Below, piece after piece: positions 1 through 21,729 of a stretch of 64,000 bases of DNA (position 1 is its first letter; every line of letters begins with the position of its first letter). Below the pieces are notes generated by a model that saw only the letters and a list, made by a program, of their open reading frames with translations, ran no database searches and had not been told where the DNA came from. The position numbers and the translations under genes were made by a program. The stretch comes from the human T2T-CHM13v2.0 reference genome, Homo sapiens. The stretch lies in NCBI RefSeq assembly GCF_009914755.1, contig NC_060935.1. One strand, written 5' to 3'.

Positions 1-97
1 ATTAGCACTTAAAACAGTGATATATAGTAGTACTTGGTAAGTATTTGTTGAATAAATTATCAAATTTACGAGCTAGAAAGGCACACTTGAGAAATAA

Positions 98-313
<216 letters not shown>

Positions 314-610
314 TGAACTCCTGACCTCAAGTGATCCGCCCACCTCGGCCTCCCAAGGTGTTGGGATTACAGGCATGAGCCACTGAGCCCAGCCAAGAGA
401 CTCTTATCTTAAATGCTTATCCATTGCAAATGTGCATTCATATTGTCTAAAAAGCACTAATACAGTTTTGGTGGGCCCAATGCAAGATCCTCATTTGTTG
501 GGTCACTACTTGAACATAAAAGTTTACCTTAAGATACTGCAGTGTGGGGCCAGGCACGCTTGCTCACTCCTGTAATCCCAACACTTTGGGAGGCTGAGGT
601 GGTTGGATCA

Positions 611-1012
<402 letters not shown>

Positions 1013-1526
1013 TTACCTTAATTGTTTAAAAAAAAAATCTGCACGTATTGCTGTCATCCTCCAGCTTCATGTTCTTTCACCAAGCTCCTCTTGGTTTTGG
1101 AGACTTGTCTTGATTTTAGTTAAAGAAAAATAAGTGATTGGTTGGTGTCCTACAGAAAACAATTTTGTCTTGACTGACCTGTCCAGTAATTAATTTTAGA
1201 AGTATTAGTTACTATATACAGGTCAAGAATGAGTGATGGCACTCTGTACTTTAGTGCCTTAGGTTCTAATGCAGCCAGCAATGTAGTATGCTTAGAGATG
1301 GGGATCAGGGGTCAGGATGGCTTCCCAGATTTCTGCCTTTGAAGGAAACTGAAGATATCAGAGGCAAAAATTTGAGGTTGAGGTAAAAGAGACTGAAATA
1401 TTCAGTGTTCATTTCAGAGCAAGAGTTGCCTTTATTAGGCCTCAAGTATAGAGACACGTCTATCATCTGAACTTTAAAAGTACTTTAATAGTTTACTGAT
1501 GACACGATGTTGAAATTCTGTAACTT

Positions 1527-1830
1527 GGCCGGGCACGGTGGCTCACGCCTGTAATCCTAGCACTTTGGGAGGCCGAGGCAGGCGGATCACGAGGTCAGGA
1601 GATCGAGATCATCCTGGCTAACATGGTGAAACCCTGTCTCTACTAAAAATACAAAAAATTAGCCGGGCGTGGTGGCGGGGCGCCTGTAGTCCCAGCTACT
1701 CGGGAGGCTGAGGCAGGAGAATGGCGTGAACCCAGGAGGCGGAGCTTGCAGTGAGCCTAGATTGCACCACTGCACTCCGGCCTGGGGGACAGAGCGAGAC
1801 TCCGTCTCAAAAAAAAAAAAAAAAAAAGAA
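1527..1830 (+). mobile_element. AluY
   Basis: AluY diagnostics (ggatcacgaggtcaggagatcgag, ctggctaac, aatggcgtgaacc, ggagcttgca), CpG-rich, A tail. Confidence 0.9.
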
Positions 1831-2661
1831 CAAATTCTATACTTGCTAGAGACTGCTTTTTATTGTTGTTATGAAAGTTGGCTGAGTCTGGTGGCTCACA
1901 CCTGTAATCCCAGCACTTTGGGAGGCTGAGGTGGGTGGCTTGCTTGAGCTCACGAGTTTGAGACCAGCCTGGACAATAGTGGTGAAACCCCATCTCTACA
2001 AAAAGACAAAAAAGCAAGAATTAGCTGAGCATGGTGATGTGCGCCTGTGGTCCCAGCCACTTAGGAGACTGAGGTAGGAGGATGGCTTGAGCTGGGGGCA
2101 GAGGTTGCAGTGAGCTGAGATTGTGCCATTGCACTCCAGCCTGGGTGACTGAGCCAGAACTTGTCTTAAAAAAAAGAAAAGAAAAGGAAAAAAGAAAATC
2201 ATGATGCCAAAATAAAACTACATTTTATATGTTTGTTCATGGAAATTAGCTCAAAGCAAAAACAGCTTGGGCAATTTTTTGAAAAAGGTTTTGCTTTAAA
2301 TATTTCTTTCCTCACTCATGAAACTTAGTTGTTCTGTGTACTTTTTATGGCTTCATTTTCACACTTTGTTCTACCATATTAATCAAATGTGAATATGTAA
2401 TTTGTGTTTTGAGTTAACCCTTAAATAAAAAGGAATGTGGCCCCCGTCCAACACTGACATCATCTGAGTGTTACATTCGTGTCAGATTATCAGTGGCAGT
2501 GTAATGTGTTAAAACACAGACTTGAGCTCCAGGAATGCCTAGATTTCAATCCTGGCCCTGTCTCTTAATAATTATGTGATCTTGTGCAAGTCCTGAGCCT
2601 CAGTTTCCTTAACTTGAAAATTGGGATAATAGTATCTATCTTGGAGTTGGTATGAAAATTA

Positions 2662-2805
<144 letters not shown>

Positions 2806-2840
2806 TTAGCTGGGTGTAATCCTGTAATCCCAGCTACTCA

Positions 2841-3017
<177 letters not shown>

Positions 3018-3517
3018 TTAATGTGAAGAAATGAAATATAGATCAACAATGTGACCTAGACACATTTGCTTTGTACCCTTAAATCCTGACCTTTATTAAA
3101 TAACAATACCTAATGTTTGACATCCATTTGTAGGTTACAAACTACTTGCACATATTAATAGATACCACATAGCAGTTCAAGTACAAATGAGAAATCTGTC
3201 TTCCTCACAATCAAAGACTATTGTTATGCCTTTTTTCCCTTTCCACATGTGAGTCAGTTGTTTCAGTTTGTGGCCCTTCACATTAATGTCATAAAGCTGC
3301 CACCCGCTTCCACTGAGGTGGTCTGTTAAAGAGGTAGAGGGAGGAGTCAAGATGTTTCCCAGAAGGCTTGGCATGAATCAATATGCTTAAATACTTATGC
3401 AGATTCTGACTAATAAATGTTGTTATGATACATTAGGAAACCCCTTTCAGCACAGAGGCAAGCATACAGGAGACAGCAAGAATGGTCATGTCAATATGGC
3501 CTGCAAATGCCTGCTGA

Positions 3518-3688
<171 letters not shown>

Positions 3689-4910
3689 TAGCTGGGACTA
3701 CAGGTGCCCACCACCACGCCTGGCTAATTTTTTGTGTTTTTAGTAGAGACAGGGTTTCACCATGTTAGCCAGGATGGTCTTGATCTCCTGACCTCATGAT
3801 CCGCCAGCCTTGGCTTCCCAAAGTGCTGGGATTACAGGCGTGAGCCACCACGCCCGGCCAAGAAGTTTTTTTTTAATGCTGTTTTTGTTTATTGTCAAAT
3901 TCACAAGTAATGGAACCACTCTGATCAAATTAAACAACCAATCTACATACATTTAGTAGGTGCACCCTTACCCTAAATTGTCATTTCTAAGGGGTTGTTC
4001 ATTAAGTGGCTGGTAAGAACCTCAGTGTTTTTATTCTTGGTGTTTTAAAGATGGGCTGAAAATAAAAACCAATATTACTGCTTTTATCAAATTATCCTGT
4101 GAGGAAATAATATATTTATCCTGATATAGGAGTTACCTGTCTAGTCCTGTGCATGTTTCAAGCCTTGTAAAATGAAGTTTGGTCATGAAGGAATTGGTGA
4201 CGTCTGGTTGAAGGGAAAAGGGAAAGTTGAGCTTTCCAATTTTGTTTGAGTCAAGAGTATATTTTGCAGAAAGACACTTCTCTTTACCCATAATCCTAGA
4301 ATTTACCATTTTTGTAATTCTGAACAGAATTACAAAGGCTTCATTAAGTAAGTAGGTTTTCTAATATAAATGTGCATATTTGTTGTGTGCACTTAGCTTA
4401 TAGTTTGTGTTAACTTTATTGTTGATGATGAATTTAGCCTCCTAAAGTATACAAACTTGTGAAAAATTCATCAATTTTGTAGTATAACTTTTTCTCTTAA
4501 TTTAGCTAATACTCTTTGTATTGTTCTAATTTTGGTATATGTGCTGCTGAAGTAAGCACTCATAGTAAAACTTTTTAGACAAAAATTAGCAGGTCGATAT
4601 TTTGTTCTTATAATTGACTTATTCAGAAGTTGCCCAGAAAACTGACTTAACCTTCTATTCTGTTCATTTATGACAGCTACTAGTTGTAGAGTTATTTTGG
4701 ATCATAGGGTATGGTGTTGATGTTTTGAAAGAAGTGTGTGTGTTAAATAAGTTTAGCTGTAATCAGTATTGCTTGTGATTGCATCATTGAAGTCTTCTGG
4801 GCATCTGTGAGTTTTGTAAGACATGTTACTCTGTGATATTGCAACCTCAGAGAGAATCTCTTTAAATACTGTAACGGGGTTTGCATTTCCATTTTACGTA
4901 TGGGAGAAGA

Positions 4911-5490
<580 letters not shown>

Positions 5491-6387
5491 TTTTTGACCT
5501 GTTCCTCATTGGTAGCTCGCCCTTCAAGATATATGGAAGGACATTCTGGAAAACCTTTTGTTATGAAAATTGTGTCCTGTTATTTGAACATATTTCAGTG
5601 GAGGGCATTGTCTTTATTTTACGTATGAGATAGAAGTACTTGATTTTCACGATATCTTACATTTGTGTACTGCTTTATGATTTAAGTTGTGCCCATATGT
5701 TACCTTAATTCAACAACTGAGCATACATGAAGGCTCTTTGCCAGGTGCTGTGGAAGACAGAAAGGTAAATAAAATATAGATCATTCCTCTAGAGGCCATA
5801 TTCTATAGAGGAAAGACTTGTATTATGTTTATCTGTGAGGTAGACAGGTAGCGATATAACCCCCTTCTTACAGATGGGGACTCAGGCACAGAGAGTTTAA
5901 TGCCCACGCTTTAAGATTTGAAGCAACATGTAGTAAAAGTGGCTCAGTTACCCTTTTGAATTCAGTGATCAGTTTAATTTAAAAGTCTTAATTTCTGGCT
6001 CCACGGTTCTTAAGCCAGGTGCCTTTTTATTTCACTGCTCTACAGAAACTTTCTAGTCAAGTTCACCAGATATTTTCCACATTGTTAAATTCAGTGGTCA
6101 CTTCATCCTCCTCTTAACATGCTTTCACAACAGCTTTTGACATAATTGATTATTCTCTCCTTGAAATGCTTTTTTAATTTGTCTTCTGTGACACCACATA
6201 CTCACTCTCACTGGCTTTTCATCCTCTGTCTCCATAAAATTCACCATTTTAAGGTGGGTTTTAGTGTATGCACAAGGTTGTACAGCTATCTCCACTATCT
6301 AATTCCAGAACATTTTTATTACCCCAAAGAGAAACCCCATATCTGTTAGCAGTAATTCACCGTTCTTCCCTCCCCTCAATTCTCTGA

Positions 6388-6717
<330 letters not shown>

Positions 6718-6909
6718 TAAAATGCTGGGATTACAGGTGTGAGCTACTGCGTCCGACCTAATTATTTTTATTTTGATAGAGACGAGGTCTCACTATGTTG
6801 CCTAGGCTGGTATTGAACTCCTGGGCTCAAGCGATCCTCCTGCCTTAGCCTCTCAAAGTGCTGGGATTATAGGCATGAGCCACAGTGCCTGTCCCAATCT
6901 TTCCTTTTA

Positions 6910-7740
<831 letters not shown>

Positions 7741-7908
7741 CATTGCAGTAGACTCAATGTTTATGTCCCCACCCCTGCAACCCGGCCAAATCATATGTTA
7801 AAACCTAACCCCCTGGCCGGGCGCGGTGGCTCATGCCTGTAATCCCAGCACTTTGGGAGGCTGAGGCAGACAGATCACGAGGTCAGGAGATGGAGACCAT
7901 CCTGGCTA

Positions 7909-8241
<333 letters not shown>

Positions 8242-8469
8242 TCACAGAATTTTGAGACCTATTAAAAAAGTTCAATGAGAAAGAAAAAAAGAGAGATGGG
8301 GTCTCACCATATTGCCCATGCTGGTCTTGACTGAATTCCTGAGTGCAAGAGATCCTCCTTCCTTGGCTTCTCGATGTGCTGGGATTACAGGCATAAGCCA
8401 CCATGCCCAGCTTCCTTATTGGTTTTGTCCAGCAACTAAAACAAGCCCTTGGCTCATAAGAGGTGTTCA

Positions 8470-8820
<351 letters not shown>

Positions 8821-9511
8821 TCAAAAAAAAAAAGTATTGCATAGTTTTCACAGGGTTCATGAACTGCTGTCAAATTCATTCATAAACTTTAGGTTAAGAA
8901 CATTTGGTTTTTGAAAGTCAAATTGTAAACTTTGTTACATGCTTATAATTCGTAATTTCTATAAGACCTCTATGGAAATGGATGTATCCATTTAAGTGCT
9001 GAGGAGAGAGTTTTCCTGTAAGCCCATAAAACTGTATCTGTAATAGAAATATGTTTAAGGTTAGCCTCTTTTATTTCTTCTGGACTGTAGGTATTTTCTA
9101 CTAACAACTTTAATCCAGAAAAACATCTTTTCATAACCACTTGAATGCCACATTCTGGCATATTAGAAAGAGACTCTGGCCGGGCACAGTGGCTCATGCC
9201 TGTAATCTCAGCACTTTGGGAGGCCAAGATGGGAGGATTGCTTGAGCCCAGGAGTTTGAAACCAGCCTGCACAACATAATGAAACCCCATCTCTACAAAA
9301 ATTAAAAATAATCTGGGTGTGGTGGTATATGCCTGTAGTCCCAGCTCCTTAGGAGGCTGAGGTGGGAGTATCACTTGGGCCCTCAAGGTCGAGGCTGCAG
9401 TGATTGCACTACCACTGCACTCCATCCTGGGCAACAGAAGACAGAAGACCCTGTCTCAAAAAAAAGAAGGCTGGGGTATTAAGATATATTTGTAACCAGT
9501 TTATTAATTAA

Positions 9512-10117
<606 letters not shown>

Positions 10118-10714
10118 TAGTCCATTTTGTTTCTGTCAGGCTTTCTAATTTTCTTTTGCAACAAGAGTTCTGCTTTGTTCTTCCTCTTAGATTGCATATG
10201 CATTTACTCTAATAAATGGTGCAAAGAAAGCTTTCCAGCTCTTTTTAGTGATGTAACAGAAGAGTGGGCATCTTGGAAATTAGCACTGTTTTGACTTATA
10301 TGAGAGGGAACTGCTGTCTTAGTAACTACTACATTAATAAGACAAATGTCCAGTTACTAGTTACTACTCAGTCTAGTTTTGAAATAACAAGCTAAATCTA
10401 AAAATCTCTTAGAGTTTGGGTTTCAGCAAACATTTATGAAGCTCCTGTAATATTCAAACCTCCATATTCTGTGATTTCTGCTATATGCTGGTCAATCTGA
10501 AAGATACGAAGATATGTAAGAGGGCTTTAACCCTCAGGTGCTTCCAATCAGTTTGTAATTATTTTCCAACAATAAATAAATTGAATTTATTTCATTAGAT
10601 ATTTTGAGAACTAAGATATTAATAATTTTTTTCTTTTTTTTCCCCCTGAAATTCCTGAGCTTCAACTAGTTGGTCTGTTTTTATAGTAGTTATGTTAGCT
10701 ATAAATGAATAAAT

Positions 10715-11215
10715 AAAAATCAGCCTGCCAGTTTATGTAGATTCTCCCCTCGAGGAGGTGGAGCTTAACTCCTCCACCACTTAGGGGTGGATGATGAGCT
10801 TAATGACTTGTTTCCACAGAGTACAGTGTGGAAGGGTGGGGAGAAGTACTGCTTCCTCCAACCAGGTGGAGAATCCTGGCAAGCACTACCTCAGCCAGGG
10901 ATCAGGTTAACATCATCAGTTGATAAGTCATGTTGATAGTCTGTACTCTTGATATGCTGTGATGAGCATGGCCCTTGGTATTCTTCCCGAAAAGCCATCA
11001 CTCCAGTCTAACCATGAGAAAAACATCTGACAAATTCAAATTGAGGGACATTCTGTAAAATATCTGACCAGAGTCTTATTAAAACTGTCAAGAGAAGTCT
11101 GAGAAGCTGACAGTCCAGAAAAGGCTAAGGAGACATGATGACAAAATGTGATATGGTATCCTGGATAGGATCTTGGGAAGAGAAAAGGGGCGTTAGGGAA
11201 AAATTAAAGGGGATC
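10715..11215 (+). mobile_element. Old L1 (L1MC/L1MD-like) 3' UTR fragment
   Basis: ggaggtggagcttaactcc, tgataagtcatgttgatag, ccagtctaaccatgagaaaaacatc, ctaaggagacatgatgacaaaatgtgatatggtatcctggatagg. Confidence 0.75.
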
Positions 11216-11471
11216 AAGAAAGAAGGACAGAGTGAGACCTTACTTCTCTAAAAAATAATAAATAGTAAGTAAAAATTACCTTTGTAATATTCTTTTTTAT
11301 TAGAATACGATGAACATCTCTTAGTGTCAATAAATTCCCATCTACAACCCAGTTGTTAATGACTTATCCTATTGTTTGGATATATGAAACTTAAACGGTC
11401 TAATTATTAGACCTTTGTTAAGTTTCCTTTAAAAAAAAAAAAAAAACCTATTTTAAGGAATATTGTGATGA

Positions 11472-12550
<1,079 letters not shown>

Positions 12551-12662
12551 AAGAATATCGTGATGAATAATCTTATAGCCACATATTTGCACTGGTTATT
12601 TATTGGAATTAGATTTTCAGCAGGTCCACTTATGCTTTTTTTTTATTTTTATTTTTTTTTGA

Positions 12663-13239
<577 letters not shown>

Positions 13240-13249
13240 TAAATATACT

Positions 13250-15190
<1,941 letters not shown>

Positions 15191-16225
15191 TTACCAGTAC
15201 TAACACAGGTCCTGGACTTCGCTACTTAATGAAAATGGTTTCATTAATGGCATTTGAGGATTAAGATCATTCTGGGGTTCAGTTCCCTGTGACACAAATA
15301 CAGAATATGAATACAATGTGGTTTTGTAAGTTAGAAACCTCATGGAATATTGTACCAGCCATTACCAGTTATCTGTGTTCTGCATCTGCATAACAATTTG
15401 CATGTTGAAATTTTCCATTAGGAGGGAGTGGTGTTAGGTGAAGGTGAAAAGGCAAACAGCTGGCATGCTCATAGGCTCTTCTTTGGCATTGGGCTTGAAG
15501 TATTTGGTTTTTCAGGTTTGTTGGGATTTAAACGCATCATTGGCAGAGATTTAATGTTGATAGTAAATGCATGTAGAAATGGATCCATCTGGAAACATAG
15601 AGATAGGAAAACATGATTCTTTTACTTTTTTTTTTTTTTTTTTTTTAAGGTAAGGTCTCACTCTGTTGCCCAGGCTGGAGTACAGTGGTGTGATCACGGT
15701 TCACTGCAGCCTCAGCTTCCTGGCCTCAAATAATCCTCTTACCTCAGCCTTCCAAGTAGCTGGGACTATAGGCTCATGCCACCACACCCAGCTAATTTTT
15801 TTTTTTTTTAATTTTTTGTGGAGACAGGATCTCACCATGTTGCCCAGGCTGGTCTTGAGCTCCTGGGCGCAAGCGGTCCACCTGCCTCAGCCTCCCAAAG
15901 TGTGGGGATTACAGGCGTGAGCCACCTCACCTGACCTGTTTCCCTGCCCCCATCCTTTTTATTTTTTTTTTTTTGAGATGGAGTCTCACTTTGTCACCCA
16001 GGCTGGAGTGCAGTGGCATGATCTCAGCTCACTGCAACTGCCCTCTCCTAGGCTCAAATGGTCCTTCCACCTCAGCCTCCTGAGAAGTAAAGGATTAATT
16101 GAAATGTTATTTTTTATTTGATCTTCTTCATTGGTCACTGTGTATCCTGATAAGAATTTTCAGGCCAGGCTTGGTGGCTCACACCTGTAATCCCAGCACT
16201 TTGGGAGGCTGAGGCGTGCGGATCA

Positions 16226-16477
<252 letters not shown>

Positions 16478-16809
16478 TCATATATAATTTGTTTCTTACA
16501 GTACTTCTCTTCCAAATTTTTATACTTTCTAAACCCTTGCTGTTTGAAGTATTGATATCATTTTGTTGTTTCTGTTTTTTTCCTGATATCAAATGTACAG
16601 CTCTTTTCCAGAATGTCATATAGTTGGACTGGGCCAGTATGTTGCCCTTTCATACTGGTTTCTTTCACAGACCAATAAGCATTTAAGGTTCCTTCATGTC
16701 TTTCTGTGTCTTGATAGCTCATTCTAGAATATCTTTTAACATCTCAATTTCTAAATTTAATCAGCTAAAAAGTCCCATATTTTATTTAAATCATCTACAT
16801 AAAGTATAA

Positions 16810-16995
16810 TGAAACTCAGGGTATGAGCCAGAGAGTAAAATTTCTCTCTATTTGTGAACAGTTCTACAGGCTTTATAGGGAGCAAAGTGCCGGAGGCTCC
16901 TCAGTTTCTGGGGAGGCTTCAGGAAGCTTCCAATCATGCAGAAGACACAGGGGGCACAGGCATGTCACATGGCAAAAACAGGAGCAAGAGAGCTA
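16810..16995 (-). mobile_element. MST-type MaLR LTR fragment
   Basis: ctggggaggcttcaggaagcttccaatcatgcagaag...atgtcacatggcaaaaacaggagcaagagag is characteristic of MSTA/MSTB. Confidence 0.75.
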
Positions 16996-17621
16996 CCCTT
17001 GATTAAAGTATCACTTAGACCTGGGTGTGGTGGCTCATGCTTGTAATCGCAGCACTTTGGGAGGCTGAGTGGGAGGACTGCTTGAGCCCAGGAGTTCAAG
17101 ACCAGCCTAAGCAACATGGCGACACCTGTCTCCAGAAAAAAATAAAAAATTATCTGGGCGTAGTGGTGCACACCTGTAGTCAGTGCTACTCGGGAGGCTG
17201 AGGCAGGAAGATCACTTGAGCCCAGGAGGTCAAGGATGCAGTAAGCTGTGATCATGTCAGTGCACTGGGCAGCAGAGTGAAACTTTGTCTCAAAAATAAA
17301 TAAATAAGGAAAGGACAATTTTTTAATTTGTAGGAGTAGATGTGGTACTTCATTTTCATATAATTAAAAAGCAGCTTTATATTTGAAACTAAATAGTTTT
17401 CATGAATTAGTACTTATAGCTATAGCCCTGTCCTTTAAAGCAATCTTCTAGCTTAAATATATTTCTAATATTTGTGAAAATATTTTTATAATTGCAAGAT
17501 AAAAGGGAGTTAATATGTAAAGTTCAGTATTTAGGGACAATTTTGGAGGGTTTTGTTTTTCACATGGCTTTTTTATTCTTTTTTCATCATTTTTATTGAA
17601 AAAGTCATTTTATGTTCTTAG

Positions 17622-17888
<267 letters not shown>

Positions 17889-18388
17889 TGAACTCCTGAC
17901 CTCATGATCCATCTGCCTCCACCTCCCAAAGTGCTGGGATTACAGGCATGAGCCACTGCGCCCGGCCGTCCCTTTGTTACTTAACAAATGGGAGCACACT
18001 GCTTTTTAAGCACACTGCACTTTGTTTTTGTTTTTTTGTTTTTTTGTTTTTTTTTTTGAGACGGAGTCTTGCTCTGTTGCCCAGGCTGGAGTGCAATGGC
18101 GTGATCTCGGCTCACTGCAAACTCCGCCTCCTGGGTTCACGCCATTCTCCTGCCTCAGCTTCCTGAGTAGCTGGGACTACAGGTGCCCGCCACCACGCCC
18201 AGCTAATTTTTTGTATTTTTAGTAGAGACGGGGTTTCACCGTGTTAGCCAGGATGGTCTCAACCTCCTGACCTCGTGATCTGCCTGCCTCGGCCTCCCAA
18301 AGTGCTGGGATTACAGGTGTGAGCCACTGCGCCTGGCCTGCACTTTGCTTTTTGAGTTTAATTCGTAGATGGACTATGTCTACGTATA

Positions 18389-18695
18389 CACTTAGCCTAC
18401 CTTATCTCAGGTTCTACATCTGTGGATTCAACCAATTGTGGACCAAAAATATTTTTTTAAAAAACAACAATAAAAAAAAACACAATTTTTAAAAACAATA
18501 CAGTGTAACAACTATTTACATAGCATTTACGTTGTATTAGGTGTCTAAAGAATACTTAAAGTATAAGGGATGATGTGTGTAGGTTATATGCAAATACTAT
18601 GCCATTTTATACACAGGACTTGAGCATCTTCAGATTTTGGTGGTGGGGGGTGGTGGTTTTAGAACCAATCCCCCTCAGATACCAAGGTATAGCTG
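18389..18695 (-). mobile_element. MER2 (TcMar-Tigger non-autonomous DNA transposon)
   Basis: ggattcaaccaa, caactatttacatagcatttac, aggttatatgcaaatactatgccattttat, ggacttgagcatc; TA dinucleotides at both ends. Confidence 0.85.
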
Positions 18696-18777
18696 TACCT
18701 CATTCTTTTTCATGGCAGCAAGTGTTTCATAGTTTGCATGTAACTTTAAAAAAAAATAACTTTAGGGGCCGTGCTAG

Positions 18778-19101
<324 letters not shown>

Positions 19102-19135
19102 TAGCCAGGATGGTCTTGATCTCCTGACCTCGTGA

Positions 19136-19243
<108 letters not shown>

Positions 19244-19483
19244 TAGAAGTGTAACTGTAGAGTTAGTATTGTGCAGGGGGACTGGGAGGAGAATATGTGC
19301 ATTTTAAATTTTGATACATGTTGCTGAATTAGAGGAGTATAATTTTATTTAATTAATTAATTTATTTTTTTTTTGAGAAGGAGTCTCACTCTATTGCCCA
19401 GGCTGGAGTGCAGTGGCACAATCTTGGCTCACTGCAAACTCTGCCTCCTGGGTTCAAGTGATTCTCCTGCCTCAGCTTCTTGA

Positions 19484-19666
<183 letters not shown>

Positions 19667-20204
19667 TAATTTTAGAAGATAGATTTCTCATGTAGTCCTG
19701 TCTTCCCCATGGATTAATTGTGATTTTTAAAAAAATATTTAGGGTCAACTTTGCATATTTGCCAATTAGATATTTTCAAATGCTTATATTAGTGACTTAC
19801 CTCCTCAAAATGCATCCAGGAATGGTTAAAAGCAAATATTAATTAGTATTCAGATACTTATTTTCCCCTTCCCACACAGAGTAGCAGAGCAGCAGCATCT
19901 GTTCTTGAGGTTGTGCTTAATGTAAAATGCTAGGGGTTCCTCTTTTCTTTTTTTGAAGGTGAGAATGTTTGACTAAAAAAAAAAAAATGAATGGATTAAC
20001 TTTTAGAAATGCATCTTGAAAATAAAATAAGGTTTTGCTACCAGGTGAGTGAAAACAATAATTGGAAATAAAGATTTGAGTTTTCCTCCTTGTTAAACCC
20101 AATGAAATTATGATGCTTGGCTCTTCCTCCCCATCAAAAAGAAAGTTAAAGTTAAAATTCCTGTGTGAGGTTGTCATATTCTCATGCTGTATATTTTCTT
20201 TCAG

Positions 20205-20261
20205 ATTCCTTTGTTTCTTCCTCTTCCTCTCAGCCTGTATCTCTATTTTCGACCTCACAAG
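20205..20261 (+). CDS. RTN3: RTN3 cassette exon 2 (57 nt, phase 1-1), encodes (D)SFVSSSSSQPVSLFSTSQ(E)
   Basis: Acceptor atattttctttcag|ATTCC, donor CAAG|gcaagt. The translation matches the RTN3 segment I recall immediately before EGLSSLCSDEP, and it joins exon 3 in frame (G|AG GGA TTG). Confidence 0.93.
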
Positions 20262-20677
20262 GCAAGTCTGTAATTTTTTTGTGTGCATTGGTAAAAGAAA
20301 AATGTTGAGAAAGAGGCTGTAACTGGGGATACGAGGCACAAGTCTTCTATTGCCCCAAATCCCCTAAAATAAAAACTAATTACAAGCTGATTCTTTCTAT
20401 TTAGCAGTTTCCAGTGGGTTTCGTGTAATGGTTAATAAAGTAAAATGAGGCTGGGTGGACCCTGTAACATAGCATAAACTTCAGGAGTAGTTTTGAGTAT
20501 TTCTTTAAAATTAAAAACTTGCCCACCAGAATTTGGAGCAGATAGAATTGTGGCTCAGAGGCCAGGTGCAGTTGCTCACACCTGTAATCTCAGCACTTTG
20601 GGAGGCAAAGGCGGGCAGATCACTTGAACTCATGAGTTTGAGACCAGTCTGGGCAACATGGTGAAACCCTGTGTCTA

Positions 20678-20926
<249 letters not shown>

Positions 20927-21606
20927 TTACAGAGGTAGCAGATTGGAAAAACAGTATAAAAGTGTGCTTCCACTGAACTAGAAAAATACCAGCCTAGCTA
21001 GGGTATTTTAATGTGAATTTATCTGAGACACGTCATAAAAGCTAGGCTAGTTCCAAATTGCCTACAAACATTGAACAAGTCAGTTATGTGACTTTTGGCA
21101 AGCAAGGCTTCTTGTCCTAGAGATTGAGTTGTGGCTTTGTTTTGTTTTGTTTTGTTTTTAATCTGTCAGTCTGTAGGGAAGGGAATCAGTTTGTGGAGGC
21201 AACATTGCCAAGAAGCTGAAAGAGAGGGTACTATGTGCTTCATCAATTTATACTAATAATAAAGTATTATTTCATTCGTGCTGTTTTTACTAGACCCAAA
21301 TATATGTCAATTGAGAACCTTTATTTTAAAAGAGGAAAAAGTAATTAAAATCACTAGACAGATTGATAGATTTAAGAAGTCTTGTGCAAACAGTTTGTTG
21401 TTACAGGTGGAGTTCTCTAGCTGCAAAAGACTTTTATAAGAATAAAAACATAATGGGATTTAAAAAAATTAGTAAAACTTTTGCCTGGTTAAATCTGCTT
21501 CTTAGGAAACATGGTAGGGAATTTTTTTTTTAATTTGTTGTTGTTGTTGTTTTGAGATAGGGTCTCACTCTGTCACCCTGGCTGAAGGGCAATGGCACTT
21601 CATTGA

Positions 21607-21729
<123 letters not shown>

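Noticed and set aside
20110-20322. 70-aa hydrophobic ORF across exon 2
   Set aside because: Different frame from RTN3; the hydrophobicity comes from the pyrimidine tract.
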